Under the pieces are notes generated by a model. It was not told where the DNA came from. It saw only the letters and a program-made list of their open reading frames with translations, and ran no database searches. The position numbers were made by a program, and so were the translations under genes. Source: Cenarchaeum sp. (lineage in GTDB: Archaea > Thermoproteota > Nitrososphaeria > Nitrososphaerales > Nitrosopumilaceae). Taken from it: a stretch of DNA of 64,000 bases. This document shows, one piece after another, positions 39,657-49,687 of the stretch. Each line of letters begins with the position of its first letter. Within the stretch, counting starts at the first letter, position 1. The DNA lies in assembly GCA_965242695.1 (NCBI GenBank), contig CBDESU010000002.1:864001-928000 (forward strand). The letters are read 5' to 3'.

Positions 39657-41246
39657 ATGTCCCTTGCTAGAACCGTCCGCGTCGCCGTCAAGCTCCTCCC
39701 GTCGCTGCTCGCGCTGCGCCGCGACCGCCGCCAGTGGATACGGCAGGAGGGGCGCAACGTGGAGACCGAGCGCTACCGCCGCAACGCAAGAAGGGCCCTC
39801 GAGACGTTCATCGCGCTCGGCCCCGTGTACATAAAGCTCGGCCAGTGGCTCTCCTCGAGGGCCGACATACTGCCGCAGCCGTACATGGAAGAGCTCGCAA
39901 AGCTCCAGGACGACGTCCCGCCTGCCCCCTTCGAGTCCGTGCGGCCGGTCATAGAGGCCGAGCTGGGCGGGACCATACCCGAAAAGTTCGACAGCATGGA
40001 GCGCGAGGCGTTCTCGGGAGCCTCCCTCGGCCAGGTGTACAGGGCCGAGTCGGGCGGCCGCCGGCTCGTCGTAAAGGTCAAGCGGCCGGGCATCGACGGG
40101 CAGGTCGAGGAGGACCTCGCCGTCCTCAAGAGGGTCCTGCCGCTGGCGATGCGGTTCGTCGACCCCAACCTCCAGTTCTCGGCCCGCGCGATGCTCGCGC
40201 AGTTCGTCGAGACCATACGGGAGGAGATGGACTACACGGTAGAGCTCGAAAACCTCCGCCGCATAAGGGACAACATGCGCCCGTACCCCGACGTGATCGT
40301 GCCCGACGCGTACCCCGAGCTGTCCTCGGGCAGCGTCCTGACCATGGAGTACGTGCCGGGCGTAAAGGTCACCGACATCGCCGAGCTCGACCGCCTTGGC
40401 GTGGACCGCCGCAAGCTCGTCACCGACATACACCGCATATTCTTCACGATGCTGCTCCGGCATGCCGTCTTCCACGCCGACCCGCACCCGGGCAACCTCT
40501 CGGTGGCCCCCGACGGCCGGCTCATCCTGTACGACTACGGCATGGTCGGCAGGCTCGACGGCGAGACGCGGATGCAGCTCGTCCGCCTGTACCTGGCCCT
40601 CGTCGACAAGGACCCGTCTAGGACGGTCGATGCAATGTCGGCCCTGGGGATGCTCACGCCAGACTTCAACCGGACCGTGATAGAGAGGGCCATCGAGCTG
40701 ACCGTGCGGGCCATGCACGGGCGCCGCCCCGAGGAGATGGAGGTGCGCAGCCTCATGGAGATCGCCAACAAGACCATGAGCAGGTTCCCGTTCATACTGC
40801 CAAAGCACCTAGCGCTGTACATGAGGATGGGGTCCATCATCGAGGGCATCTACCGGACGCACGACGTCGACTTCAAGTTCGTCAGGGTGCTGCGCGACAT
40901 ACTCGTCGAGGAGAACCTGCTGCGCGACGCGTACGCCGAGGAGGCAAAGCTCTACCTGGGCCGCATCGCAAAGTCGATCGACGCCGTCGTCGGGCTCGCG
41001 CCGGACCTGCGCAGGATGGTCGACGACGCAAGGTCGGACCGGCTGCGGGGGCGCGGCGGCGGGGGAGGCGGGGGAGGCGGGCCGCTCGCACTCCTGCCGG
41101 GGGCCGTCATGGCGGGATCCGTGTTCGTCGGCTCGTCCATACTGCACGGGACGGGCGCCGTCGGCGGCGATATCGCCGCGGCCGGCATGGCATGCTCGCT
41201 TGCGGCCATGGGTGTTCTGGCGGCGCTCGGGCTGCGGCGCAGGTAG
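39657..41246 (+). CDS. ABC1/UbiB (AarF) family atypical kinase
   Basis: LGPVYIKLGQ, ASLGQVYRA, VKVKRP, FHADPHPGN, DYGM. Confidence 0.93.
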   Translation: MSLARTVRVAVKLLPSLLALRRDRRQWIRQEGRNVETERYRRNARRALETFIALGPVYIKLGQWLSSRADILPQPYMEELAKLQDDVPPAPFESVRPVIEAELGGTIPEKFDSMEREAFSGASLGQVYRAESGGRRLVVKVKRPGIDGQVEEDLAVLKRVLPLAMRFVDPNLQFSARAMLAQFVETIREEMDYTVELENLRRIRDNMRPYPDVIVPDAYPELSSGSVLTMEYVPGVKVTDIAELDRLGVDRRKLVTDIHRIFFTMLLRHAVFHADPHPGNLSVAPDGRLILYDYGMVGRLDGETRMQLVRLYLALVDKDPSRTVDAMSALGMLTPDFNRTVIERAIELTVRAMHGRRPEEMEVRSLMEIANKTMSRFPFILPKHLALYMRMGSIIEGIYRTHDVDFKFVRVLRDILVEENLLRDAYAEEAKLYLGRIAKSIDAVVGLAPDLRRMVDDARSDRLRGRGGGGGGGGGPLALLPGAVMAGSVFVGSSILHGTGAVGGDIAAAGMACSLAAMGVLAALGLRRR

Positions 41247-41286
41247 GCAGGGGGCTGCCCGGCCCGCCGCGTAGCGGCCGCCGCCG

Positions 41287-41649
41287 CTATCCGCGGGGAA
41301 TCTTGACTGTGAGGACGCCGCCGGCGCACGTTGCAGTGCACCGCCCCTCCCCTCCCGCCGGGTACGGGAGCCTCACGGTCTTGTCGAGGCGGCGCGGCCT
41401 CTGCAGGCTGACGGCCCTGCCGGGCTCGGGCCCGTCGCCCTCGCCCTTTTCGGCGCGGATCGTCAGCAGGTCGCCTCGCACGCGCACGCTAATGTCCTCC
41501 ATGCCGAACCCCGGGACGTCGGCAAGGACGGTGAGGCCGGACGGGTCCTCGCGGATGTCGACGGGGGGTAGCACGAACTCGTAGAACTCGATCGTCGTGC
41601 CGCCGGTCCCCTCGCCGTCGGCGCCGCCGCCCGCGGCCTCGCCCAACAT
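41287..41649 (-). CDS. Small heat shock protein Hsp20
   Basis: PPVDIRE, ADVPGF, GVLTVKIP. Confidence 0.88.
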   Translation of the reverse strand: MLGEAAGGGADGEGTGGTTIEFYEFVLPPVDIREDPSGLTVLADVPGFGMEDISVRVRGDLLTIRAEKGEGDGPEPGRAVSLQRPRRLDKTVRLPYPAGGEGRCTATCAGGVLTVKIPRG

Positions 41650-41899
41650 GCGCCGGGACGGCCCCGCCGCTATAAATTCCGGGCGGGGTGGGGACGGGGG
41701 AGGGGGCGCGCGAGCCGGCAGAATGGGACGGGGCCTGGCCGGAGTGCGGAGCGCGGACTTGACAGTTCGTCCCCTCCGCACTGCCGTGCGGCCTCTGCGT
41801 GCGGGGCGGCCGCCGGCGCCGCCCGAGGCCCCCGCCCCGCGCCTGCGGCCGGCCGGGCCGCCCGCAACCAATAATTGAGGGGCCCGCTGACCGGCGCGC

Positions 41900-42583
41900 G
41901 TGCTGGAGGCAGACGAGTACGGCGCGTACCGGAGCGCCCACAAGCGGATAGCCGCGGCCGTCATCGAGCGGTTCGTCAACGCAAAGACGCTCGCCGCCGC
42001 CGCGCACCTCCTCGACATCGAGGTCGAGGACGGGACGGGCCGCATCATGCTCAGGAGCGCGTCCGAGGAGCCGCCCCTGCTCGACTTTGCCATGTGCGAC
42101 GTGCGCACGGACGGGGCCACGGCAGTCGAGAGCTTCGCCAAGGGCGGCGGGGCCGCCGCCGAGGGCGACGCGGCCGAGTACGACGAGGCCCTGCTCAGGG
42201 CGCTCGGGTCGTCCACCACGTCCCTGTACGAGGTCGTCAAGCGCAGCCCCGACGGCGGCACGGCCGAGCTCGCCGACCTGCTCGACGGCGGCCGCATGGT
42301 CGTAACGGACAGGGCCCTGAGCCTGGGCGGGCCGGCCCCGGTGGCCGCCTTTCTGCGCGTCCTGCGCGTCGGCGAGATGAACATGACATCGGGCATGGCC
42401 CTGGCCTTCCCTGGGGCCGCCTCGCCGACGGTCATCTCAAAGTACGAGGCGATCGCAAAGCGCTCCAAGCGCCGCCCCGAGATCGTCCGGTTCGCCTCGT
42501 TCTTTAGGCTGCACCGGCTGTACGGCATGGCCGCCAAGTACGCCCTGCCGCCCCCCTCGCCGCCGGCCGCCGCCGCGCGCTGA
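41900..42583 (+). CDS. Hypothetical protein, tandem paralog 1
   Basis: Shares AAxLLDIxVEDG, SLxxV, TAELxDxL, VTDxxLS and TSGMxLxFP with the next ORF. Confidence 0.75.
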   Translation: MLEADEYGAYRSAHKRIAAAVIERFVNAKTLAAAAHLLDIEVEDGTGRIMLRSASEEPPLLDFAMCDVRTDGATAVESFAKGGGAAAEGDAAEYDEALLRALGSSTTSLYEVVKRSPDGGTAELADLLDGGRMVVTDRALSLGGPAPVAAFLRVLRVGEMNMTSGMALAFPGAASPTVISKYEAIAKRSKRRPEIVRFASFFRLHRLYGMAAKYALPPPSPPAAAAR

Positions 42584-42688
42584 GCCGCGGGCCGGTATGT
42601 TTATTGCCTAGGGCTATGACCGGCCGGCGGTGCAGCTAGGACGTACAAGGCGTACAGGACCGAGCGGGCAAAGATCAACCGCAAGCTC

Positions 42689-43300
42689 ATGCGGGTCTCG
42701 CTCACCCCCGAGACGATCGCCCGCGCCGCCAAGATGCTCGACATCGCCGTCGAGGACGGGCAGCTCCTCGTCGACGAGGTAGAGATGCCGGCCGTCATCG
42801 ACTCGATACTGCACGACCTCAAGACCGGCGACGACAAGTCCATCCTAGAGTCGTACATCGAAAAGGTCGGCGGGGCCAACGAGGTCCAGGACGAGCTCCT
42901 AAGGGCGCTCGCCGAGTCCAAGGCGTCGCTGTTCTCGGTCGGCGAGCGCGACGAGGAGACGGGCACGGCCGAGCTCATAGACATGCTCGCCGACCGGACC
43001 GTCCACGTGACCGATGCCGACCTGAGCTCGTCGTCGCCCCAGCCGCACTCCGAGGCCATCTTCTGCCGCATACTGACGCTGCCCGGCGTGAGCATTACGT
43101 CGGGCATGACGCTGTCGTTCCCAGAGAATGTGGTCGCGCGCGTCATCCGCCGGCACAAGGAGATGATGTCGTGGACGCGCCGCAAGCCGCCGCCTAGCGT
43201 GTCCGCATCGTTCTTTCGGCTGTACCGCACGTTCGGGGCCGGCGCGCAGGCGCGCGGGCCGCGCGCGGGCACGAGGCGCAAGCGGCGGCCGCAGCAGTAG
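42689..43300 (+). CDS. Hypothetical protein, tandem paralog 2 (true start probably ~42630 with a 1-nt frameshift)
   Basis: Homology to paralog 1 extends upstream to TYKAYR. Confidence 0.7.
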   Translation: MRVSLTPETIARAAKMLDIAVEDGQLLVDEVEMPAVIDSILHDLKTGDDKSILESYIEKVGGANEVQDELLRALAESKASLFSVGERDEETGTAELIDMLADRTVHVTDADLSSSSPQPHSEAIFCRILTLPGVSITSGMTLSFPENVVARVIRRHKEMMSWTRRKPPPSVSASFFRLYRTFGAGAQARGPRAGTRRKRRPQQ

Positions 43301-43347
43301 TGCGGCGGGTTGCGCGGGCAAGGCCTGATAGACTTTAATCGGAACCG

Positions 43348-44103
43348 TTGGGCAGGCGCCCGTTGATAATCGCCATCGAGGGGGCCGACCAGGCCGGCAA
43401 GACGACCCAGACGCGGATGCTCGCCGAGGCGCTCGAACTGCGCGGCCTGTCCACCGAGACGTTTGCGTTTCCGGACTATGAAACGCCGGTAGGCAGGCAG
43501 ATCAAGGCGAGCCTCAACTTGGGCGGCGCAACGGGGCCTGGCCAGCCACCGTCACAGCTGCTACACATCTTGCTTGCTGCCAATCGTTGGGAGGCACTGC
43601 CGCGCATTCGTACCGCGTTGGACACCAAGGATGTAGTCTTGATGAACCGGTACTACCACTCAAATCTGGCATACGGCGTGGCCCGCGGCTTAGAGCGAAG
43701 ATGGCTCAAGAACCTTGACGATGGCCTCCCCGAGTCCGACCTCGTGATCGTACTAGACATAGATGCCGCCGAGTCGTTCAAGCGTAAGTCTTCGGGTAGG
43801 GATCGCTTTGAGAGGGACAAAGACCTACTCAAGAAGGTTCGCTTTAGGTACTATGATGAGGCACGCTTGCACAACAAACACTGGAAAGTCATCAACGCGA
43901 TTGGAACGCGCCAGGATGTCCACGCCCGCGTACTCACCACAACTGCACCTGTCGTGAACCTACTGTGCGGCGTTAAAATCAAGTCGGTGGTGCCGGCCCC
44001 TGTCACGCTTACCCCACTCCACACCGCGTTGCATAGCCAAGCTGCTGACGCCTACAGGATGAATGCACGTAGGCGTCACACGGTAGCCCCCAGCAAAACT
44101 TGA
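43348..44103 (+). CDS. tmk: Thymidylate kinase
   Basis: [33 protein letters not shown]. Confidence 0.92.
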   Translation: MGRRPLIIAIEGADQAGKTTQTRMLAEALELRGLSTETFAFPDYETPVGRQIKASLNLGGATGPGQPPSQLLHILLAANRWEALPRIRTALDTKDVVLMNRYYHSNLAYGVARGLERRWLKNLDDGLPESDLVIVLDIDAAESFKRKSSGRDRFERDKDLLKKVRFRYYDEARLHNKHWKVINAIGTRQDVHARVLTTTAPVVNLLCGVKIKSVVPAPVTLTPLHTALHSQAADAYRMNARRRHTVAPSKT

Positions 44104-44131
44104 AATTTACCCGTGCGGCGGGCGCGCCCGT

Positions 44132-44836
44132 ATGGCGACCCCCCGCAAGCGCATCGTCGTAAAGCTGTCCGGCAAGGTCTTCGGCATGGAGAATGCGGGC
44201 CTGCTCCGCGACCACGCCGCGTTCCTTGCCCGGATAAGCCGCGTGTGCCAGCCCGTCATTGTGGCAGGCGGCGGCAAGATAGCCCGCCACTACATAGGCC
44301 AGGCGCGCTCGTCGGGGGCCGACGAGTCGACGCTCGACGAGCTCGGCATCGACGTGTCCAGGCTCAACGCAAAGCTGCTCATATCGGCGCTCGGGGCCCG
44401 GGCGTACCCGCACCCGCCGACGACCCTGCAGGAGGCCCGGCTGGCGGCCGACAGCGGCCTCGTCGTCGTCGCAGGCGGGCTGCAGCCCGGGCAGAGCACC
44501 AACGGCACGGCGGCCCTCATAGCCGAAAAGGTGCATGCGGCGATGTTCCTCAACGCGACCGACGTAGAGGGCGTCTACGACAAGGACCCAAACGTCCATG
44601 CGGACGCAAAGCTGTTCCGGCGGATGGAGATCAGGGAGCTGCGGCGGCTGCTCGTCGACGAGACCATTGCGGCCGGCGGGTACGACCTCATGGACATACT
44701 GTCGCTCAAGATAATAGAGCGCTCGCGCATACGCACCCGCATAATGAAGGCAGACGTCAAGGCGCTCGACAGGGCCATACGCGGCCGCAGGCCGCTGCCC
44801 GGGACGGAGGTCGTGCTGCCGAGCGCGTCATCCTAG
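44132..44836 (+). CDS. pyrH: Archaeal UMP kinase
   Basis: [32 protein letters not shown]. Confidence 0.95.
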   Translation: MATPRKRIVVKLSGKVFGMENAGLLRDHAAFLARISRVCQPVIVAGGGKIARHYIGQARSSGADESTLDELGIDVSRLNAKLLISALGARAYPHPPTTLQEARLAADSGLVVVAGGLQPGQSTNGTAALIAEKVHAAMFLNATDVEGVYDKDPNVHADAKLFRRMEIRELRRLLVDETIAAGGYDLMDILSLKIIERSRIRTRIMKADVKALDRAIRGRRPLPGTEVVLPSASS

Positions 44837-45216
44837 CCCTTGCTCTCTGCCGCCTTGCCGCCGTTATTGCCGCTAGGCTTCACGACGGGGTACGTGTCGT
44901 TCCAGATCATTACGCTGTCGCCGGCAAACTCTGGCACGCCCGAGCCGAGGACCTTTGCGAGGACCGTATCCGCCTCGCCCGGCTCCATCGGCTTGGTCTG
45001 CGCCTTCGTGTACCCGTCGCCGTCGACTAGTATGACAATGTGGCCGTCGGGCGCCTTGATGGCTGCTGCATAGTCCTCTTCGCCGACGGGTGCGAACTTG
45101 CCGCCGACCTTCTTGGTCGTCAGCGTGAGCATCGCGAACCCCGCCAGTTTGAACAGGCGCATCTGCGACTCGGACGCGCGCTTCTTTCCTGCCTGGACGG
45201 CCTCAAAGTACTGCAC
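44833..45216 (-). CDS. Conserved hypothetical protein
   Basis: Protein-like sequence ([21 protein letters not shown]); GTG about 28 nt after TTATA. Confidence 0.7.
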   Translation of the reverse strand: MQYFEAVQAGKKRASESQMRLFKLAGFAMLTLTTKKVGGKFAPVGEEDYAAAIKAPDGHIVILVDGDGYTKAQTKPMEPGEADTVLAKVLGSGVPEFAGDSVMIWNDTYPVVKPSGNNGGKAAESKG

Positions 45217-45610
45217 AGGGGCGCGGCGAGGGGGCGCGCCTATAAGTCGTGCGCGGGAGTAGCGGCCGTTGCAAAGCTGGCGGGTGGTTGTTGCGTAGCC
45301 TCCCGCCGACAAGATGTGCCGCGCTCCGCCTCACTGCGGCCAATCCATCGCTGGCCGTCCAATCCGACCACCCCTTCACCCCGCCGAGACCTGGCTTGTT
45401 GCCATCCGTGCCGACCGGCTGCATATGCACAACCTGCGGCGCGGGCTTGGCATGAAGCGCATTCGAGACGCCCTAGTGCTCCGTCTTCTCTCCGCTAAAC
45501 GCGCGCAAACCATATATGCACACATGCGCCTAGCCGCCCCGTGAACCACGGAGCACACTCGCGCTCACGGCTGGCGTCGGGCCTGCACTAGGCACCAAGT
45601 GTGAAATAGG

Positions 45611-45862
45611 ATGGCGACATCGGCAAAGGTAGGAGCAGACGACATCGCAAGTCGTGCGGCTGCAGAAGATGCCGCAGAGTCCGCAAAGACGGACGACGCT
45701 AGCATCCACGCGCAGGAAGGGGAAGCGGATGAACCCGAAGGCGACCGCGTGAGCGAGGAAGTTGAGCAGCTGCTCATGGATATAAAGACGGGCAAAGTAA
45801 AAACCATGGTATACACGTTGGACGAGCACATGCGCCTCCTTGATGAGATTCGAGGCAGCTAG
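45611..45862 (+). CDS. Small acidic protein, antitoxin-like
   Basis: Acidic 83-aa ORF ending DIKTGKVKTMVYTLDEHM. Confidence 0.55.
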   Translation: MATSAKVGADDIASRAAAEDAAESAKTDDASIHAQEGEADEPEGDRVSEEVEQLLMDIKTGKVKTMVYTLDEHMRLLDEIRGS

Positions 45863-45971
45863 GCTTCACTGTGGGCCATTTTCGCGTATAACGTTGGGCG
45901 AAAAGCCGTGTGCAGTCTAGCCCAAGCGGAGGCCGGATGCGCTAGAGTGCTGTATGCGCTTGGTCGTCCTG

Positions 45972-46732
45972 TCAATCCTGTAGGGTCGGGAGGTAGCAGG
46001 CAGACGCGGGGCCGCGCGGTTGGGATTTGCCACGGCTGCGCGGCGCGGATCTTTTGTCGGGTGAATAACAAACCGCTTGGCCCTTGGACTTGTGCCTCTT
46101 GCCCTGCGGGGCGGCGCGCTCCGTCCGTGCCCGCCCCTTGCGCTGCGTCGCCGCCCGCCTAGCCGGCTTCCCCGCCTTCCCCCGCATGCCTATCTCCGCT
46201 CCCTTCAGCTGCGACAGGTCGGCCACCGCCCCGTACTCGATGAACACGTCGAAAAAGCGCCCAGACGGCGCCCCCCGTACACCATGGCGCACGACATCGG
46301 CGCGCCCTTTCCGCCCTCCTTGCCGTTGACCAGAAACTTTAGGCGCGTGTCGTACAAAAAGCACACGGCGGCCGCCCTGCCAAAGACGCTCGTCTTCCAG
46401 TGAGATGTGTTGGTGGCGACGGGAACTAGCGCGATCACCTCTGCGCCGTGGTCATCGTGCGCCGCCGCGCACTTGGCCAGCCAGTCTGATATCCGGCCGC
46501 CGTACCTGCCATTCATTCCGTACGGCGGGTTGACGTAGATTGTAGAATAGTCCCACGTCTCGCCCAGCCCGTCCCTAGGGGGCATGTACTCTACTGCCGC
46601 ATCGACTAGCGAATGCCTGTTCGAGCACGGGTCCAGCTCTATTCTCCCGAGCACGTCCCGGACCGCGTCCACGTAGAACCGGGGAGTCCCCCAGTCCTGG
46701 GAGCTGCCGCGGACGCGCCGCCCCGCCGTCAT
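45972..46732 (-). pseudogene. Phage Dam-like DNA N6-adenine methyltransferase with a frameshift at ~46275
   Basis: WGTP, LDPCS, VNPPYG, LVPVATNTSHW, GAPMSCAMVY. The C-terminus (RFFDVFIEYGAV) continues in another frame after a G6 run. Confidence 0.78.
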
Positions 46733-46906
46733 GACGCATGCGCCTCCGTCCGTGCGCACGGCGCGTCCGCGGCTACGGGCGCCGGTCGTGCCGCCATCGG
46801 ACGCCAACACCGTGCCCGGCTTATAATCATGTCCTCTGCCGTGGCGCAGGCGCCAGGCTGACGCCCGCGTCCCTAGATTTATAGGGAGTATTTGCGCCCT
46901 CCCCCC

Positions 46907-47212
46907 ATGAACGATGCGCCCGAGCCGATCAACGTCACCGTCTTGATCGATGGCAAACCGGAGGAGAGGAGCCTAGACGGCCGATCGACGGTGGCGCAGA
47001 TCGTCGGCGAGCTCTTGCCCGAGTTTGAAAAGGCCCGTGCAGGCGACTATGCGCTGTATCCAGAGGACGGGCCCCCGCTTGATCACGCCTCGCGACTCGA
47101 AGGAAACGACATACCCGATGGGTCTGTTCTTGTCCTAACCAAGACGGACGGGGGCGGCGGCGCCTGCGGGCGGGACGATTGTCGATCCCGCGAAGTCTTG
47201 GTTCGGGCCTGA
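46907..47212 (+). CDS. Ubiquitin-like beta-grasp protein (DUF2604/YukD-like) with GGGG and a short tail
   Basis: INVTVLIDG...STVAQIV...DGPPLD...IPDGSVLVLT...GGGG; TTTATA at ~46878. Confidence 0.65.
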   Translation: MNDAPEPINVTVLIDGKPEERSLDGRSTVAQIVGELLPEFEKARAGDYALYPEDGPPLDHASRLEGNDIPDGSVLVLTKTDGGGGACGRDDCRSREVLVRA

Positions 47213-47597
47213 GCATGGCGGCGGCCGCATTCTGCAAGCCAGCATGTACGCGCCAGGGTGAAAATCCGGGCGGCGGCCGAGCTGGACTTCCCGAACCCGC
47301 CGTGGTCCCGAGGCAAAGTGTGGCGGCGGCAGTTGAGATGCTGTTGCTATGCGCAGGCGCCGGCAACCATCGCAGTCGACTCCCAAGAGAATTCGCCATG
47401 CGGTGCCCGCGTGGCCTCTTCATCCTCTTCCGCAAGCGGCGCAGCGGAACGCGCATCCGGAGAACCACCCGTCGGTGCGCCCTCGGAACCGCGCATGTGG
47501 CTGATGTGGGGGCTTGGCACTTGACGCCATCCTGCGCCCCGATGTGCCCCAGCACCGCTCCCAACACTTAAGAGCCGACCGCCCCCCGCCCCGCGCC

Positions 47598-48170
47598 GTG
47601 AACCCAAAGGTGTTCGTAGTAGCCGCCGTGGCGGCCCTCGTAGCCGCCCTCGGCGTGATCGCGGTCGCCGGCCAGACCGTCATCGACGACGTCTCGGGCG
47701 GCCCCGGCGGGTTCCTCCAGGCCCCCGGCGAGGCCCCCGTCCCCATAGAGGAGGTCCAGGTGAGGCTCGTCGGCATCACGGTCGACGAGGTCCACGAGCG
47801 CGCCGCGACCCTCACCGTCCGGCTAGAGGTGACAAACCCCAACGAAAAGTCGGTAATCCTCCAGTACCTAAAGTACGAGCTGTTCGAGGGCGGCTCGCGC
47901 GTGCACGTCGGCGAGATCGGCGACCGGCCGAGCGCGTTCGTCACAGAGTCCAACTACTTTACGCTGCTCTCGGGCCAGCCGACCGTCCTGACCGATACGG
48001 TCACGCTCCGCAACACGGGCAGCACGCCCGACCTGTGGCGGGCCCTGTCCGACGGCACGGCCGCATGGCGCATATCCGGCGAGGCGTTCTTCAACATCAG
48101 CTCGATGACGCGCGGCGGCGAGAATACCGTACTGTTCGACCTAGAGCAGGCTCCAGGTGCGCAGCCCTAG
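47598..48170 (+). CDS. Membrane-anchored LEA_2/WHy-like protein
   Basis: N-terminal TM; LEVTNPN...LKYEL. Confidence 0.75.
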   Translation: MNPKVFVVAAVAALVAALGVIAVAGQTVIDDVSGGPGGFLQAPGEAPVPIEEVQVRLVGITVDEVHERAATLTVRLEVTNPNEKSVILQYLKYELFEGGSRVHVGEIGDRPSAFVTESNYFTLLSGQPTVLTDTVTLRNTGSTPDLWRALSDGTAAWRISGEAFFNISSMTRGGENTVLFDLEQAPGAQP

Positions 48171-48194
48171 CAGCATAAACCCGCACAGTCGCGA

Positions 48195-48235
48195 TAGTAT
48201 CATAAAATCGCTAAAAATTTGCCAAAGTTATATAT
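48195..48235 (+). promoter_or_regulatory. Promoter with TAGTATCATAAAATCGCTA motif and TATA box
   Basis: 18/19 match to the amt promoter motif; TTATATAT at 48228. Confidence 0.6.
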
Positions 48236-48258
48236 GCCCACCCCAGGCCCGCACCCGC

Positions 48259-48369
48259 ATGGCAGAAGCATCAATGGGCGCGTTCGGCGCGGCGCTCGGC
48301 GTCTCGATCGCACTTGCTGTAGTCACATTCGCTCTCCGTGGCAAGGGCCACCCCGAGCCGATCGACTAG
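48259..48369 (+). CDS. 36-aa single-TM small protein
   Basis: MAEASMGAFGAALGVSIALAVVTFALRGKGHPEPID; ATG 31 nt after the TATA box. Confidence 0.7.
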   Translation: MAEASMGAFGAALGVSIALAVVTFALRGKGHPEPID

Positions 48370-48567
48370 GCGGGCAGGCAGCCCCGTAGCGAGGACGCTG
48401 CGGGGGCGCAATGCCTCTTGTCGACTTTTTCACTCGCACGGTGGGGAGGCTGTTGCCGCCCTGGGACGCCCCCTGGCCGGCGGTCTCCGACGCGGCAACA
48501 GCTCGCCCTCTGCACTCTGATGGCTTGTCCGCGCGCCGCCGCCGGGCCCCGCCCCGCCAGCCAGGCC

Positions 48568-49217
48568 CTACGACCTTTTGAGCCCGACCAGCTCTGCTAT
48601 CGAGACCGACCTGCCGATCTTTTCGCGGATAAAGCAGCGCTGGAGTACTGGCAGTTCGAGCAGTCGGACGACGGCTCGATGATCGGCGTGCGGCCCTCCT
48701 CGAGCAGGTCGGCGAGGACCTTTACCCGGCGGACCGTCTCCTCGAACATCTTTGCGTTGCGCGTGAGCGAGAACGACGCCTCGCGGCGGTCGCCCGTGAT
48801 GTAGATTATGATGCCGTCGGGCTTGCCTAGCATCCACAGGCACGCGTTGAGGTACATCAGGTCGCCGGCGTGCGGGTTGTCTGGCTGCTCGGCGGCCGAC
48901 CTGTACAGTATGACGGCATCGTCGACGACCATGTCTGCCTTGCCCCTGACTGTTATCCCGCCGCCGACGTCGTACTCGGCCGGCTCTGCGCCGTACCCGA
49001 GCTTGCCGAGCAGCCCGCTGAGCAGGTCGCTGAAGCCGCGCCTCTCGACGGGCATCGGGTCCTTGCGGTCGTAGTAGGACCGGCGCAGGCAGCCGGACGC
49101 CTCGTGCAGGTGGATCGTCTTGCCGTCGGACGCGTCGACGCGCGCCTCTAGCTCCCTGCCGATCGAGTCGATCGAGTTCTGGACCAGCGCGCGGTAGTCC
49201 CTGTCGCCCATCGTCAT
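48568..49217 (-). CDS. Solo Cas4-like PD-(D/E)XK Fe-S protein, frameshift at ~48644
   Basis: N-terminal Cys (GCLRRSYY), RGKAD, C-terminal CSNCQY; the fourth Cys (QRCF) is in the next frame. Confidence 0.75.
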
Positions 49218-49224
49218 GCCCCGG

Positions 49225-49677
49225 TCAGCCCCCCTTGCCGGCGCCCGGCCCGCCTCGTATAAGAAGCTGCGCTATGCGCGGCGAGAACGCCAGTATGGCA
49301 AAGTGCGCGCCGAACCCGACGACGGCGCCGGCCAGCACGCTGCCCGTGTAGTGGTGCAGCGCCAGGAATATCGCGATTGGAGGGGCCGCAAAGATCACGG
49401 CCATGACGGTGCTCTTGGCGATGATGCCGCCTATGTCGAGCTCAAAGGCGCTCGGCCGGCGCCCGATGCCGCCCGTTCCCGCCGCCCCGGGGACCGGTGC
49501 AGGGGGGGCCGCCGGCGCCGGCGCCGGCGCTCCCGTGCCCGCCCCCACCCGGCCGCCGCCCTCCTTCGCACCTCCGCCCTCCCGGACTTCCTTCCTGCCG
49601 GGCGCATCCCCGGATTCCCCCACGGGCGGCGGGGAGGGCGAGGCAGGGGACGGCGGCCGCGGCGCATCTTCCCGCAA
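49225..49677 (-). CDS. Hypothetical membrane protein (start uncertain)
   Basis: Two C-terminal TM segments after a low-complexity N-terminus. Confidence 0.6.
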   Translation of the reverse strand: MREDAPRPPSPASPSPPPVGESGDAPGRKEVREGGGAKEGGGRVGAGTGAPAPAPAAPPAPVPGAAGTGGIGRRPSAFELDIGGIIAKSTVMAVIFAAPPIAIFLALHHYTGSVLAGAVVGFGAHFAILAFSPRIAQLLIRGGPGAGKGG

Positions 49678-49687
49678 GGCAGAACAG

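Noticed and set aside
48568-49217. CRISPR-Cas adaptation locus
   Set aside because: The Cas4-like gene is solo among housekeeping genes, with no cas1, cas2 or array.
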